The notes under the pieces are model-generated. The model saw only the letters and a program-made list of their open reading frames with translations. It made no database searches and was not told where the DNA came from. Below, piece by piece: positions 9,553 through 19,546 of a stretch of 64,000 nucleotides of DNA; position 1 is the first letter of the stretch; every line of letters begins with the position of its first letter. The position numbers were made by a program, and so were the translations under genes. Origin of the DNA: an uncultured Porphyromonadaceae bacterium (lineage in GTDB: Bacteria; Bacteroidota; Bacteroidia; Bacteroidales; Muribaculaceae); NCBI GenBank assembly GCA_902468245.1, contig CABQXY010000028.1:412802-476801 (forward strand), read 5' to 3'.

Positions 9553-11635
9553 GCATATCCTGAAGGCCTACCAACTGGTCGCGCAGTCGAGCCGCCTCGA
9601 TGAAGTCGGTACGGCGTGCCGCGTCTATCATGTCGCGTTTCACTATCTCTATCTGTTTCTCCAGCTCGGGCGGCGTCATATATTCCAGCACCGGTTCGGC
9701 GGCGAATACAGCCTGGTGTTCTTCTTCGATATAAGGACGCGGTTTGCGCGGTGCGGTCGGATTCTGAGGTTTCTGAGGACTCGGAATCCTTGACTTCCCT
9801 TTGGTCGGGTTCTGCGCCTTGGCCTCTGCAGCCTCGCCGTAGATTTCCACCAGCTCGTTGTGGCTTTTCTTGGCGATGGGGGTGGGAGTGATGCCGTGCG
9901 CCTCGTTGTACAGCATCTGCTTGGCGCGGCGCCGGTTGGTCTCCTCTATGGTCTGGCGCATGGAGTCGGTTATCTTGTCGGCATACATTATGACGCGGCC
10001 GTTCACGTTACGCGCGGCGCGTCCTGCGGTCTGCGTCAGGCTGCGGTGGTTGCGCAGAAATCCCTCCTTGTCGGCGTCCAGGATGGCCACGAGGCTGACC
10101 TGCGGCAGGTCGAGACCCTCGCGCAGCAGGTTTACACCTATCAGCACGTCGTACACGCCCTCGCGAAGATCCTCCAGGATCTTGATGCGCTCCAATGTGT
10201 CTACGTCGCTGTGGATATAGGCCGAGTTGATGCCCCATTTTATAAGGTGCTTGTTCAGTTCCTCGGCCATGCGTTTGGTGAGGGTGGTGACCAATACGCG
10301 CTCGTCGGCGTCTATGCGCTGGCGAATCTGCTCCATCAGGTCGTCTATCTGGTTCAGCGTCGGACGTATCTCGATTTCGGGGTCGAGAAGTCCCGTGGGA
10401 CGTATCACCTGTTCCACAAACACGCCCTCGGTCTGCTGCAGCTCATAGTCGCCAGGCGTGGCACTCACATAGATGGTCTGTGGAGTGAGGCGTTCGAACT
10501 CCTCGAACTTCAGCGGGCGGTTGTCGATGGCCGCGGGCAGACGGAACCCGTATTCCACCAGGTTCATCTTGCGCGACAGGTCACCGCCGTTCATGCCCCG
10601 TATCTGCGGCAGCGTCACGTGGCTCTCGTCGATGATGGTCAGGAAGTCCTTAGGGAAATAGTCCAGGAGGCAGAAGGGACGCATGCCCGGTTCGCGGCCA
10701 TCGAAGTATCGCGAATAGTTCTCGATGCCGCTGCAGTGTCCTAATTCCTTGATCATCTCCAGGTCGTACGTCACGCGCTCACGGAGCCGTTCTGCTTCCA
10801 GAATCTTCCCCTCGTGCATGAAGAAGTCAACCTGCTTGCCCAGGTCCACGGCTATCTGGTCCACGGCTTTAGCCGTGCGCTCCTTGCTTGTCACGAAGAT
10901 GTTGGCAGGATATATGTTGAATCCCTCAAGGTCGGTAAGCACCGCACCCGATACGGGGTCCACGGTCTGCACTTTCTCGATCTCGTCGCCCCAGAACACC
11001 ACGCGCAACCTGATCTCCTCGAACGACAGCATGATGTCCACCGTGTCGCCTCGCACACGGAACTGACCGCTCTGCAGGTCGGTCTCCGTGCGGCTGTACA
11101 GCGAGCTGACCAGGTCGCGCAGGAACTGGTTGCGACTCAAGCGCTGGCCCACCTTGACCGACACGACCGTCTGGCGGAAGTCCTCGGGATTGCCCATGCC
11201 GTAGATGCAGCTCACCGACGACACCACGATGACGTCACGGCGTCCCGACATCAGGGCCGCTGCCGTGGAGAGGCGCAACTTGTCGATCTGCTCGTTGATC
11301 ATCAGGTCCTTCTCGATGTATTTGTCGCTGCCGGGTATATAGGCTTCGGGCTGGTAATAGTCATAGTACGAGACGAAGTATTGCACGGAATTCTCCGGGA
11401 AGAAAGACTTCATCTCGGAGTATAGCTGCGCGGCCAGCGTCTTGTTGTGCGACAATATCAGCGTGGGACGCTTCACCTGCTGTATCACGTTGGCCATGGT
11501 GAAGGTCTTGCCGGAGCCGGTGACGCCAAGCAGTGTCTGGTGGGGGAGTCCGTTGCGGACGCCTTCGGCCAGCTCGGCTATGGCTTCGGGCTGGTCGCCC
11601 GTGGGCATGTATTCTGATGTCAGTTTGAATTCCAT
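9497..11635 (-). CDS. uvrB: excinuclease ABC subunit B (UvrB)
   Basis: 712 aa; [20 protein letters not shown]-terminus, Walker A GVTGSGKT, helicase motifs, C-terminal UVR domain ([10 protein letters not shown]). Confidence 0.9.
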   Translation of the reverse strand: MEFKLTSEYMPTGDQPEAIAELAEGVRNGLPHQTLLGVTGSGKTFTMANVIQQVKRPTLILSHNKTLAAQLYSEMKSFFPENSVQYFVSYYDYYQPEAYIPGSDKYIEKDLMINEQIDKLRLSTAAALMSGRRDVIVVSSVSCIYGMGNPEDFRQTVVSVKVGQRLSRNQFLRDLVSSLYSRTETDLQSGQFRVRGDTVDIMLSFEEIRLRVVFWGDEIEKVQTVDPVSGAVLTDLEGFNIYPANIFVTSKERTAKAVDQIAVDLGKQVDFFMHEGKILEAERLRERVTYDLEMIKELGHCSGIENYSRYFDGREPGMRPFCLLDYFPKDFLTIIDESHVTLPQIRGMNGGDLSRKMNLVEYGFRLPAAIDNRPLKFEEFERLTPQTIYVSATPGDYELQQTEGVFVEQVIRPTGLLDPEIEIRPTLNQIDDLMEQIRQRIDADERVLVTTLTKRMAEELNKHLIKWGINSAYIHSDVDTLERIKILEDLREGVYDVLIGVNLLREGLDLPQVSLVAILDADKEGFLRNHRSLTQTAGRAARNVNGRVIMYADKITDSMRQTIEETNRRRAKQMLYNEAHGITPTPIAKKSHNELVEIYGEAAEAKAQNPTKGKSRIPSPQKPQNPTAPRKPRPYIEEEHQAVFAAEPVLEYMTPPELEKQIEIVKRDMIDAARRTDFIEAARLRDQLVGLQDMLESRAQATETAKDAAKQI

Positions 11636-11676
11636 TGTAAATCGGGGTTTGGGAGAGTTGGGATGAGGGGAGAGTC

Positions 11677-12813
11677 TCAGTCCATGCGGTCGCGGTAGTC
11701 GGTGTAGGTGAATTCGCGAAGCAGCACTGGTTCTCCATCCCGGGGTTGGAACCAGATGGAGGGATGCTTAATGCCGTTGAACATGTTGGTCTTTACCGTG
11801 GTGTAATGGTTCATGTCGCAGAGTGTCAGACGGTCGCCCGGCTTTAGCGGACGGTCGAAGCACCAGTCTCCGACGAAGTCACCGGACAGGCACGAGTTAC
11901 CGCCGAGCCGGTATCTGTACGGCGAGTCTGCGCCGTCGGCCACGGTACCGATGGCCTCCTCCACGCGCGGCTGATAGGGCATTTCCAGGCAATCGGGCAT
12001 GTGGCAGGCAAACGAGGCGTCGATGATGGCGGTCTTGATGCCGGCATCCTCCACCACGTCCAGCACTTCGGTAACGAGGTCGCCGGTCTGCCATGTGAAT
12101 GCGCTGCCGGGTTCAAGTATTATCTCGAGATTGGGATACCGCTCGTGCAGACGTTTCATAAGCTTAATCAGATGCTCGGTGTCATAGTCCTTGCGTGTTA
12201 TGAGGTGGCCGCCGCCCATGTTCAGCCATTTCAGCCCGGGCAGCAGGTGTCCGTATTGCTCGATGAACGCGTCCAGCACCTTCTCCAGATCGTGGCTGTC
12301 GCTCTCGCACAGGGCGTGGAAGTGCAGTCCTTCTATGCCCGCGGGAAGTCCGTTCGCGAGTTTGTCCGGATTCTCGCCGAAGCGTGAGCCGGGAACGCAG
12401 GGATTGTATATGTCGGTTTCGATGACGCTGCAGTGCGGGTTGACGCGAAGTCCTACGCTGACCTTTCGGTCGGCTGCCTCGATTTGGGGACGGAACTTCT
12501 CGTACTGGGCCAGCGAATTGAACGTGATGTGGCTGCACCCTTTCAGAAACTCCGGGAATGTCCGCTCGGTATACACCGGGCAATAGGCATGCACGTCGTG
12601 TCCGAGGTAGTCCAGCGACAGCTTCATCTCGTTGAGCGAGCTGGCCGTGGAGCTGTGGAAATATTCTTTTATCACCGGGAATGTCTTCCACAGCGCGTTG
12701 GCCTTGAACGCCATTATGATCTTGACGTCCGCGGCTTCGGCTACCCGTTTCAGTTTCTCCAGATTGGCCCGGAGCCTGTCTTCATATACTATGTAATATG
12801 GTGTATCAATCAT
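11677..12813 (-). CDS. nspC: carboxynorspermidine/carboxyspermidine decarboxylase
   Basis: 378 aa; N-terminus [17 protein letters not shown]...AFKAN typical of NspC (PLP fold type III). Confidence 0.85.
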   Translation of the reverse strand: MIDTPYYIVYEDRLRANLEKLKRVAEAADVKIIMAFKANALWKTFPVIKEYFHSSTASSLNEMKLSLDYLGHDVHAYCPVYTERTFPEFLKGCSHITFNSLAQYEKFRPQIEAADRKVSVGLRVNPHCSVIETDIYNPCVPGSRFGENPDKLANGLPAGIEGLHFHALCESDSHDLEKVLDAFIEQYGHLLPGLKWLNMGGGHLITRKDYDTEHLIKLMKRLHERYPNLEIILEPGSAFTWQTGDLVTEVLDVVEDAGIKTAIIDASFACHMPDCLEMPYQPRVEEAIGTVADGADSPYRYRLGGNSCLSGDFVGDWCFDRPLKPGDRLTLCDMNHYTTVKTNMFNGIKHPSIWFQPRDGEPVLLREFTYTDYRDRMD

Positions 12814-15160
12814 CGATTATATTGAACTTGGCAAATTGCAACAACAGTCGTTTCACGCCCACGTTCTCGAATTCCACGACAATGCCTTCGAGTCCGGAAA
12901 CGCTTGTGAAGTCATTAATAGAACCTATTCCGAACTTCTTATGTTCGATTTTCATCCCCTTCTTAAGCTCCTGCATCGAGTGGGTGGGCATCTCGTCCAG
13001 GGATTTGGCATCCGTGTTCTTACGCGCCTTGAGCTTTGCGGCAGACACGAATCCGCCGAAATTCAGCGATTCGGAAGATTGCGACGATCCGTAGCTTCGG
13101 CTACGCGATGAAGTGCCGTAGCCACCGAAACTGCTGCGGTAGTTCATCACCGGATTGGTGAAGTCATCCTCTATTCCCGACGTCTCCATCTTGACGAACT
13201 TCGGATTGATGTCGCTCAGGAACCGGCTTGGCGACGTCATCACGGTCTGGCCGTTACGGAAACGCGACTTGGCGTAGCTGAGCATACACGTGTCCTTGGC
13301 GCGGGTCATGGCCACATACAGCAGACGGCGTTCCTCCTCAACCTCAGACATGGATTCAAGCGCCATTGCCGAGGGAAACAGTTCCTCCTCCACACCCACG
13401 ATGTAGACGTGCTTGAATTCCAGTCCCTTGGCGGCGTGGGCAGTCATCAGCGTAACTTTCGGTCCTGCCTGCTCGTCTTTCTGATCCTGATCCGTGGCCA
13501 GCATCACTTCGCTGAGGAACGAGGTCATAGACACATCGCCTTCGCCGCTTTCGATGCGGAATTCCACGAACTCCTTCATGCTGCGCAGCAACTCCGTCAG
13601 GTTTTCCTGGCGGCTGATGCTTTCGGGCGTGTTCTCGTGGGCCAGCATGGTCAGCATACCTGTGCGGTTGTACACTAACTGTCCCACCTCGTATGCGTTG
13701 TGCGTGGTGCTGTCGGTCATGAACTGTCGCATCAGCTCAACGAACCGGTCAAGTTTTCCACGCGTGCCGCTGTTGACCGGCAGGGGATAGAGGTCGGGGT
13801 TAGCCAATACCTGCCATAGGCTGACCTTGCCAGAAAGTGCCGTATCGCGCACTTTCTTCAACGTAGTTTCGCCGATGCCTCGGGCGGGATAGTTGATGAT
13901 GCGTCGCAACGACTCGTCATCGTCGGGATTGACGATGAGACGGAAATAAGCCAAGGCATCCTTCACTTCCTTGCGCTGGTAGAAAGCGGTGCTGCCGTAT
14001 ATGCGGTAAGGCATGGAACGTTTGCGAAGTGCCTCCTCCAGTACGCGGCTCTGGGCGTTGGTACGGTACAGCACGGCATAGTCCTCGTAGGTGTCGTGCT
14101 CCGTGAGCACGCTCTGCGCGATGCGGGCCGCCACGAGCGAGGCTTCCTCCAGGTCGCTGTATGTCTGCACTATGTCTACGGGCGCCCCCTCGGCGTTCTC
14201 GCTGTACACGTTCTTGGCCAACTGACGGGTGTTCTTCTCTATCAGCGAGCCGGAAGCGTTCACTATATTCTGTGTGGAACGGTAGTTGCGCTCCAGCTTG
14301 AATGTCTTCAGCCCGGGATAGAACCGCTCCAGGTCGATGATGTTGTTGATGTTGGCGCCACGGAACGAGTAGATGCTCTGCGCGTCGTCGCCCACTACGC
14401 ACAGCTTGTTGTCGGGAGCGGCCAACTGCGAGATGACCAGGTGCTGGGCATAGTTGGTGTCCTGATACTCGTCGACGAGTATGTAGCGGAACTGCTCGGC
14501 GTATCGCTGACGCACCTCGGGATGCTCCGACAACAGCTTGTTCATGAAGAAGATGATGTCGTCGAAGTCCATGGCGTTGGCCATTTGGCAGCGGTCTACG
14601 TACATCTGGAATATCTTGGCGGTCATGGGCCTGCGTGCCTTCATGTCGTGGGCGCCGTACTGACGCGCGTACTCGTCGGGAGTGAGCATGGCGTTCTTGG
14701 CATTGGAGATGCACGAGAAGATAGTGGCCGGCTTATAGTCCTTGTCCGACAGGCCCAGGTCCTTGATTATCATCTTCACCAGGTTGCGCGAGTCGGTGGT
14801 GTCGTAAATGCTGAAAGACGGCTTGAAGCCCAACAGCTCGGCATGATTGCGCAACAGTCGCAGGAAAATGGAATGGAAGGTGCCCATCGGTATGCGGTGG
14901 GCGGCCTGAGGTCCCACCAGTGCCGAGATTCGGTCCTTCATCTCGCGCGCCGCCTTGTTGGTGAAGGTCAGCGCCAGGATGCGGTGAGGCTGATAACCGC
15001 AGTTCAGAAGGTGAACTACCTTGTAGGTCAGCACGCGGGTCTTGCCCGATCCGGCGCCTGCTATCACCAGCGAAGGGCCGTCGAGGTATTCCACGGCGGC
15101 GCGCTGCTGGTCGTTCAGTCTGTCCAGATATCTGTAATCCGGAGTCGGTTGCTGGGTCAT
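12806..15160 (-). CDS. ATP-dependent DNA helicase, UvrD/Rep/PcrA (SF1) family
   Basis: 784 aa; Walker A AGAGSGKT, SF1 motifs (TFTNKAAREM, VDEYQDTN, LERNYRS), UvrD_C region. Confidence 0.85.
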   Translation of the reverse strand: MTQQPTPDYRYLDRLNDQQRAAVEYLDGPSLVIAGAGSGKTRVLTYKVVHLLNCGYQPHRILALTFTNKAAREMKDRISALVGPQAAHRIPMGTFHSIFLRLLRNHAELLGFKPSFSIYDTTDSRNLVKMIIKDLGLSDKDYKPATIFSCISNAKNAMLTPDEYARQYGAHDMKARRPMTAKIFQMYVDRCQMANAMDFDDIIFFMNKLLSEHPEVRQRYAEQFRYILVDEYQDTNYAQHLVISQLAAPDNKLCVVGDDAQSIYSFRGANINNIIDLERFYPGLKTFKLERNYRSTQNIVNASGSLIEKNTRQLAKNVYSENAEGAPVDIVQTYSDLEEASLVAARIAQSVLTEHDTYEDYAVLYRTNAQSRVLEEALRKRSMPYRIYGSTAFYQRKEVKDALAYFRLIVNPDDDESLRRIINYPARGIGETTLKKVRDTALSGKVSLWQVLANPDLYPLPVNSGTRGKLDRFVELMRQFMTDSTTHNAYEVGQLVYNRTGMLTMLAHENTPESISRQENLTELLRSMKEFVEFRIESGEGDVSMTSFLSEVMLATDQDQKDEQAGPKVTLMTAHAAKGLEFKHVYIVGVEEELFPSAMALESMSEVEEERRLLYVAMTRAKDTCMLSYAKSRFRNGQTVMTSPSRFLSDINPKFVKMETSGIEDDFTNPVMNYRSSFGGYGTSSRSRSYGSSQSSESLNFGGFVSAAKLKARKNTDAKSLDEMPTHSMQELKKGMKIEHKKFGIGSINDFTSVSGLEGIVVEFENVGVKRLLLQFAKFNIIDD

Positions 15161-15651
15161 TGTTCGCTGAAAGGTAATGCGATTTCCGCGTACTGCGGGA
15201 TTCGCGGTATGAAATGGTAGGTGTTGCCGGCATAGTCCATGCGGCAGCAGTAATGGTTCAGTCCATTGCTCACCACTAAGTATTGGGCATGCAGCACCAT
15301 ATTATAGCGCACAATCTGGTCGAACACGTCCTGTGTTATCTTGACGTCTGGAGCCTTGTATTCCACTATCACCAACGGCTTGGTGTCGCGACCGAAGGCG
15401 ATGGTGTCGCAGCGACGCGACATCCCGTTCAGGTGAATGCCCACCTCGTTGCCGAGCAGAGAGGCGGGAAACTTGCGGTCGGTAATGAGCCAGTTGACGA
15501 AGTGCTGGCGCACCCATTCCTCGGGAGTGAGCGCCACGTACTTCTTGCGCAACGGATCCCATACACGCTCCACGCCGTCCGCCCCCATCTGCAGCTTAAG
15601 CGTGACCGGGGGAAGGTTTAACGTCGGAAAGTCCTTGTGATTTTCTGCCAT
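15157..15651 (-). CDS. type I restriction enzyme HsdR N-terminal (PD-(D/E)xK nuclease-like) domain protein, standalone
   Basis: 164 aa; resembles the standalone HsdR_N proteins common in Bacteroidetes (IVEYK...VSNG region); ATGA 4-nt overlap with downstream helicase start. Confidence 0.65.
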   Translation of the reverse strand: MAENHKDFPTLNLPPVTLKLQMGADGVERVWDPLRKKYVALTPEEWVRQHFVNWLITDRKFPASLLGNEVGIHLNGMSRRCDTIAFGRDTKPLVIVEYKAPDVKITQDVFDQIVRYNMVLHAQYLVVSNGLNHYCCRMDYAGNTYHFIPRIPQYAEIALPFSEQ

Positions 15652-15667
15652 TATCTGTATCCGGACT

Positions 15668-16495
15668 TTACTTCTTTAACGGTGACCAGTGGCCCTTGTA
15701 GTCGGGGTCGAAGACGGTGTTGAGTATGTCGGCCAGACGCAAGCCGCCACGCAAAAATTGCTGCTCTACTGTTGGAGTCCATTGAGCTATGTAGTCATAG
15801 CTTACGTTGGTGTCATGGGGCGTTGCGTCGTACACCTGCTTGCATATCTCGTACGTTTCCTCGGCCCAGTGTTCGGGATAAGCATCGGTGAGTATCACCT
15901 CGATCTCTGCGGGAGTGGCGCGGTCTATCTGCTGCTGCCACTCGGTGTAGCTCCACTTGTGGCCGGACTCCACCAGGCGCGAATCCCATAGCGAGTGCAG
16001 ATTTGTAGGCTGTTTGAAGTACTTCACGGTCCAGGAGTTGCCGCCACGGTCCGATGCGTGGCCTAAGTGCATGGGCTGATGGATGTCGCCAAGGAGGTGG
16101 GTTACAATTTTAAGCGCCAGGGCACGCCGGCTGTCATCCATGTTGGTATCGGCCAAAACGGCCACCTGCTCGTTGATGGCGCGCACTATGTCACCGCTCG
16201 GCAGCAGGGGAGCGCTGCGGAACGTCTGGTCGGCATCGATGTTCTTGTAATGCCAGGTCTTGCTGTAGGCATACTCGGGCGTATGCGACGCATTGTCCAG
16301 CCAGTTGGACCAGTAAACTATCGATTTACCGTCAAGCAACGAGTCGACCGCAGCCTTGGCGGCCGGTGTCAGGTGGTTTTCGGCTATGAATGCCACGGTG
16401 TCATGTCCTTTCTGACTCCAGCCGAACGACTGGAGAGCGCACAGCGCCATCACACCCGCAACGTTTGTGATTTTTGCGAATCTTGTAAATTTCAT
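15668..16495 (-). CDS. S1/P1 family nuclease
   Basis: 275 aa; signal peptide then WSQKGHDTVAFIAENHL, the characteristic mature N-terminus (W..GH) of S1/P1 nucleases; HLGDIHQPMH zinc-ligand motif. Confidence 0.8.
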   Translation of the reverse strand: MKFTRFAKITNVAGVMALCALQSFGWSQKGHDTVAFIAENHLTPAAKAAVDSLLDGKSIVYWSNWLDNASHTPEYAYSKTWHYKNIDADQTFRSAPLLPSGDIVRAINEQVAVLADTNMDDSRRALALKIVTHLLGDIHQPMHLGHASDRGGNSWTVKYFKQPTNLHSLWDSRLVESGHKWSYTEWQQQIDRATPAEIEVILTDAYPEHWAEETYEICKQVYDATPHDTNVSYDYIAQWTPTVEQQFLRGGLRLADILNTVFDPDYKGHWSPLKK

Positions 16496-16599
16496 TGATA
16501 AGACGTCTTATAGAGCCAGTCGCCCCATACCGGGGCCTCAAACTCTTGTTGCTACAAATTTACAAAATTCATGCCAATCCACCAAATAAGTAATAGTGA

Positions 16600-17721
16600 C
16601 TATATCTTATAGCGGAGTAGATCGCGGCATCCTGACAGGACTTCGTCGATGATATTAAGACAGCGTTTTTCGGGCAATCGGATTTTAGTGCCTACTGCTA
16701 TGAAATCGGATAATTTAGGATGTCCTGTGCCATTGACGGAGGTAGCATGCTCCCCGTTATATCCATCGGTGCATAATGTAAGGTCGTATGCAGGCGCGAG
16801 CCTCCACTGCCAATTACAGTTATCGTCATCCGGAATTACGTAAAAACTGAAATTCTTACAATGGTCGTCTTTATTGTCAGTGAAGTAATTGAATAGCATA
16901 CGGCGGTACATCTGCTCAACATCGTCCAGGCGTTGGGTCACATAGCCAGTGAGGGCAAGCAGATTGGCATAGTCCATGAAGGGCTGACTGAGTGAAAGCC
17001 CCAGCAGAGCACCGGCGGTGGCTGTATGTAACCTGTTGGTATTTAAATCTATATCAAATCTGCGCGATGCGAAATACTTGTCGTTGATTAGCTTAAAGTC
17101 CGGGACAATGATGCCGCATCTGCGGGCAGTGTAATTATACAGATATTCCTGTCTCCCGATGTCTTTGGGGTCATAGATATGCCGGAATTTTACAATCCAA
17201 TGTCCCTCCGAGTCGGAAAATACAGCTTTGGGACGCGCACCTCCGCTATTGCCGCTGTTATACAGCAACAATCCGGCATCGTTGTCCTGTTGTTCCTTAA
17301 GTACTTCAAGGGCCATCTGCTGGAGTTTGTCGAAATCGGCTATTGATTCTTCTGCTTCCAGAGTTATGGCAGGATTGTAAGTTAGAGCACCCATTCCGTT
17401 GTCTCCTACAATGGCGAGCCGGTCAAGCGAGGAAAGATCGGAATCGTTGATACCCTGACGCATAAGTGTCTTATGCAGCAGATATCGACCATATCCATCG
17501 GGCAGACTGTCTTCGAAAATTCCGAAATTGCCTTTAAACGGCTGGGGCTTCGCTACAAAGACACCGGGCTGCAACGGCAGCTCAAGTGGAGATATGCTGA
17601 ATCCATCGGCTATCCATGCGGAGTCGTATTCAAATACGTTGAGACGGTTGTCGGGAGTGAGCGACAACGTTCCGACACGTCGCCCGCGAAACAGGACTTG
17701 CAGTTTATCGGTATGTGTCAT
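16600..17721 (-). CDS. hipA: HipA-like type II toxin (serine/threonine kinase)
   Basis: 373 aa; HipA N-terminal and C-terminal regions (LAPAYDLT motif); 4-nt overlap with upstream HTH gene. Confidence 0.8.
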   Translation of the reverse strand: MTHTDKLQVLFRGRRVGTLSLTPDNRLNVFEYDSAWIADGFSISPLELPLQPGVFVAKPQPFKGNFGIFEDSLPDGYGRYLLHKTLMRQGINDSDLSSLDRLAIVGDNGMGALTYNPAITLEAEESIADFDKLQQMALEVLKEQQDNDAGLLLYNSGNSGGARPKAVFSDSEGHWIVKFRHIYDPKDIGRQEYLYNYTARRCGIIVPDFKLINDKYFASRRFDIDLNTNRLHTATAGALLGLSLSQPFMDYANLLALTGYVTQRLDDVEQMYRRMLFNYFTDNKDDHCKNFSFYVIPDDDNCNWQWRLAPAYDLTLCTDGYNGEHATSVNGTGHPKLSDFIAVGTKIRLPEKRCLNIIDEVLSGCRDLLRYKI

Positions 17722-18095
17722 TTCTTAATGGGATAAGCGCGTTTGTCATCTTTTTTGCGGCGGATCAGCTCAAGTTCCTGCATGGTGTTGAATTTTGCCG
17801 TGCTGAACAAATTTCTGATGTCGGCTATGTAACCTAATGCCATGGCAAGCTTTATAAGCGACTCAAAGGCAATAAGACCGGTACGTTCAAAACGGGCCAC
17901 CGTAGAAATGGGTACTCCTGACCGCTCGGCTATATGTTGCCGTGTGATATTCCTTTCTACACGTCGTTTGCGGAAATTCTCGGCTACCTGCTTTGCAATA
18001 TCATCAGGATTATCGAGTGTATAGCTATCTAATAATGATAATATGTTATCATTAATTCCATTTTGCGCCATAATACAGATAATATTTTGACACAA
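17718..18095 (-). CDS. XRE-family helix-turn-helix protein, HipB-like antitoxin
   Basis: 125 aa; HTH ITRQHIAERSGVPISTVARFE; precedes and overlaps hipA as in canonical hipBA. Confidence 0.7.
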   Translation of the reverse strand: MCQNIICIMAQNGINDNILSLLDSYTLDNPDDIAKQVAENFRKRRVERNITRQHIAERSGVPISTVARFERTGLIAFESLIKLAMALGYIADIRNLFSTAKFNTMQELELIRRKKDDKRAYPIKK

Positions 18096-18167
18096 ATATA
18101 CGCAATAAATCTGAATTATGCAAGCTGATTAATAGCTTTTTTTACCCATTGTGCATTGTGTCTGTAA

Positions 18168-18491
18168 TCATCCTAAGACCTTCAGGCCGATAATGGATAG
18201 GATAAGGGTGGTGATGAAGAATATGCGCCAGAATGTGGCCGGCTCGTTGAAGAAGAATATGCCGACCAGCACCGCGCCTACGGCTCCGATGCCGGTCCAG
18301 ACTGGATAGACCGTGCCGATAGGAATCTTTTGCGAGGCCTTGGCCATCAGGAACATGCTCAGTGCCAACGCCACTACGAAACCGACCCACCAGCCCGTCA
18401 GCTCATGGCCGGTGGCCGTCCTGGTTTTGCCGAGGCAGAAGGTGAAGGCAACCTCCATCAGCCCGGCAAGTATTAGGATTATCCAACTCAT
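18168..18491 (-). CDS. sugE: SMR-family small multidrug resistance exporter, SugE/Gdx subgroup (quaternary ammonium/guanidinium exporter)
   Basis: 107 aa, 4 TM; MSWIILILAGLMEVAFTFCL..., conserved Glu in TM1. Confidence 0.85.
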   Translation of the reverse strand: MSWIILILAGLMEVAFTFCLGKTRTATGHELTGWWVGFVVALALSMFLMAKASQKIPIGTVYPVWTGIGAVGAVLVGIFFFNEPATFWRIFFITTLILSIIGLKVLG

Positions 18492-18622
18492 AATAATATA
18501 TGAACATTACTTGTCCTGTCGAGGGCTGCAAGACTATCTCGGCGTCTCCTTCCAAGGATGCTGCAAAGTTACAACTTTTTCCTGAACAAATAAACTACGA
18601 ATCTTGCGAAACTAATAATAAG

Positions 18623-19408
18623 TTATCTCATGAAATATATGGCTTTCACCACGCCGTAGGGATAGGGTCTGATGTCGGATGAATATCCGAACTTTTGGGG
18701 ATTAAACATCTCTATGATTAATCCTATGAGTTCGTTTTCCGTTGGTTGCTTTGTGATTTGCACATCACATGATATGGGGAAACTGTATTCGATTCCTCTG
18801 TACAAAAATTGTATTGATATAGTTGGGTCACTACCTGTAAGATTCTTGACTACTGAAACATTCTGGGTGTCAAGAGTCCTGGTAGCAGTCCCGGCAGTTC
18901 CGGTGGACTTAAAAACTGCCGGTACCACCACAGTCGCGGTGCCTGTTTTACCGTATATTATATTATTGAAAGCCTTTGTGCCGTATTTGTCAATTCCCGG
19001 GATATCTGGACGGATGTCCTTTTTCCATTCATTGCCGAAACTCCCTGTCAGGTAATCCATGATGGCAGTGTTGACCTTGACCATCTGCCGTTCGGAACAT
19101 TCCACAACACATCCGAAATCCATCCATCCTATGCCATATTTGGCTTTGAACTTTTCTCGTTTACCCGGATAGACTACAGGGGCTATGCTTCCCTGCAGCA
19201 TCAGATTGGCTTTGCCCGATTTTAAATCCTGTTTAATTTTCGGAATGAAATATTTGGCATCATCCTTACTCGCAGATAATTCCCATATTGCATATATCGA
19301 ATCTTGGAATAACTGATCTCTTATATACTGAAACTTGTTTTGAGCACCGAGGTTTCCGCAATATGCCAATACGGCACATATTGCTAATATTTTATGTAAT
19401 CTTCTCAT
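18623..19408 (-). CDS. hypothetical secreted protein (start chosen at internal Met giving signal peptide MRRLHKILAICAVLAYCGNLGAQ)
   Basis: ORF track gives 18623-19717; upstream 103 codons lack coding character and the Met at 19408 begins a clear signal peptide; low GC. Confidence 0.45.
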   Translation of the reverse strand: MRRLHKILAICAVLAYCGNLGAQNKFQYIRDQLFQDSIYAIWELSASKDDAKYFIPKIKQDLKSGKANLMLQGSIAPVVYPGKREKFKAKYGIGWMDFGCVVECSERQMVKVNTAIMDYLTGSFGNEWKKDIRPDIPGIDKYGTKAFNNIIYGKTGTATVVVPAVFKSTGTAGTATRTLDTQNVSVVKNLTGSDPTISIQFLYRGIEYSFPISCDVQITKQPTENELIGLIIEMFNPQKFGYSSDIRPYPYGVVKAIYFMR

Positions 19409-19546
19409 ACACAAAAGTACTAAGAATAATTGACATAGCCAAAAGTCTAATCTCGAAATACTTGAATTTACAAAAATGAATTTGTATAAATGAAATTCAA
19501 TCATTAATTTTATCGGAGAATTTAGGCATTTATAAAACATCAAGAT

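Noticed and set aside
13238-13262. Partial match TTACGGAAACGCGAC to the dispersed repeat core inside the helicase gene
   Set aside because: It lacks the GGCTCCG centre and the flanking hairpin. It is probably a chance similarity within the coding sequence.
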